DNA from: an uncultured Planctomycetaceae bacterium
GTDB taxonomy: Bacteria > Planctomycetota > Planctomycetia > Planctomycetales > Planctomycetaceae
DNA length: 64,000 nt
Assembly (NCBI GenBank): GCA_963815195.1
Contig: CAWFGE010000001.1
Coordinates: forward strand, 1 to 64,000
Direction of reading: 5' to 3'
Part shown: piece by piece, positions 63,349-64,000 of the stretch
Layout of the letters: each line of letters begins with the position of its first letter
Numbering within the stretch: position 1 is the stretch's first letter
Translations under genes and position numbers: made by a program
Notes under the pieces: generated by a model
Told to the model about the DNA's origin: nothing
Databases searched by the model: none
What the model saw: the letters and a program-made list of their open reading frames with translations, nothing else

Positions 63349-63873
63349 ATGTTGCGTCTCTTGATGTTCTCGTTGTTGGGTATTGTTTGCTGGCGGTTGG
63401 CCGGCGGGGAAACCGCGGTGGCCGCGGGGATGCGGGCGGGAACTCAAAAGTATTGCCCCGTGTTCACGGACCGCATTGTCGGGCCGAGCAGCCGCGCCAT
63501 CCGGTATAAGGGGATCAAAGTCTACTTCAGCTCCGACTTGGCCGCCCGCAAGTGGATGCGCGATCCGGAGTCGTATTTGGACACGGACATCCTGCCTCAG
63601 CTCAAGGGTTTGACGTTTCGCGAACGGCTCATCCCGCAGCACTACTGCCCGGTCAATCGCAAACGAAAAGTCGGCATGAAGGATCCTTCGTTGATCTACC
63701 AAGGCCAGCGGGTGTATTTCTTCGATCAGGAGGCGCTCAAGACGTGGAACTCGGCGCCGGAGAAATTCTTCGATCCCAAAATCCTCCCCCAATTCGCCAA
63801 AGAAGAAAAATCCCCCGACTCGGAAGGCGACGACAAAGATGGCAAAGACGACATGCCTCCCGAAAAACCGTAG
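63349..63873 (+). CDS. Secreted protein with two YHS-like repeats
   Basis: Signal peptide; Q.YCPV...Y.G..VYF...W...PE...ILPQ twice. Confidence 0.72.
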   Translation: MLRLLMFSLLGIVCWRLAGGETAVAAGMRAGTQKYCPVFTDRIVGPSSRAIRYKGIKVYFSSDLAARKWMRDPESYLDTDILPQLKGLTFRERLIPQHYCPVNRKRKVGMKDPSLIYQGQRVYFFDQEALKTWNSAPEKFFDPKILPQFAKEEKSPDSEGDDKDGKDDMPPEKP

Positions 63874-64000
63874 CCGGCCAATCGCCCGGCCGATCCAAAA
63901 TCGCGGGAATTGGGAATTTTTTGAAGTTGTCCATCGTATCTCTCGGTAGAAGTTGTTCTCGAATTAGACAAATCTCTGCCGAGGAGTGACAGAATGGGTT

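Overview
GC-rich window of a Planctomycetota (probably Planctomycetaceae-like) chromosome; the taxon is inferred from the DUF1592/DUF1552 pair and the RpoA and L17 sequence features. 1-6.4 kb is the end of a genomic island: a 22-repeat CRISPR array cut inside its last repeat by an IS21-like end with a nested IS1380, an IS3 element, and a tRNA-Leu(CAA) 3'-half (att-like). 6.4-19.5 kb holds an integrase remnant, a sulfatase/HAD/LssY-like cluster, an ATP-grasp ligase and the DUF1592/DUF1552 pair. 19.8-35.4 kb is the S10-spc-alpha ribosomal cluster, lacking rpsN, rpmD, adk, map, infA and rpsD and filled with REP-like repeats. 35.4-64 kb contains parB, glgC, a T5orf172/GIY-YIG-like membrane protein, polX, bcp, a CsbD/DUF883 stress cluster and cysK. 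The most notable locus (53.4-57.5 kb) is a candidate membrane-associated pupylation-like system: a 60-aa peptide ending in GGE, a PafA/Dop-family enzyme with an inserted transmembrane segment and altered active-site motifs, a translationally coupled TPR protein, and a divergent membrane-anchored C39-like peptidase. No proteasome genes are in the window. Many single-base frameshifts in essential genes point to long-read indel errors, so split genes are treated as probably intact.
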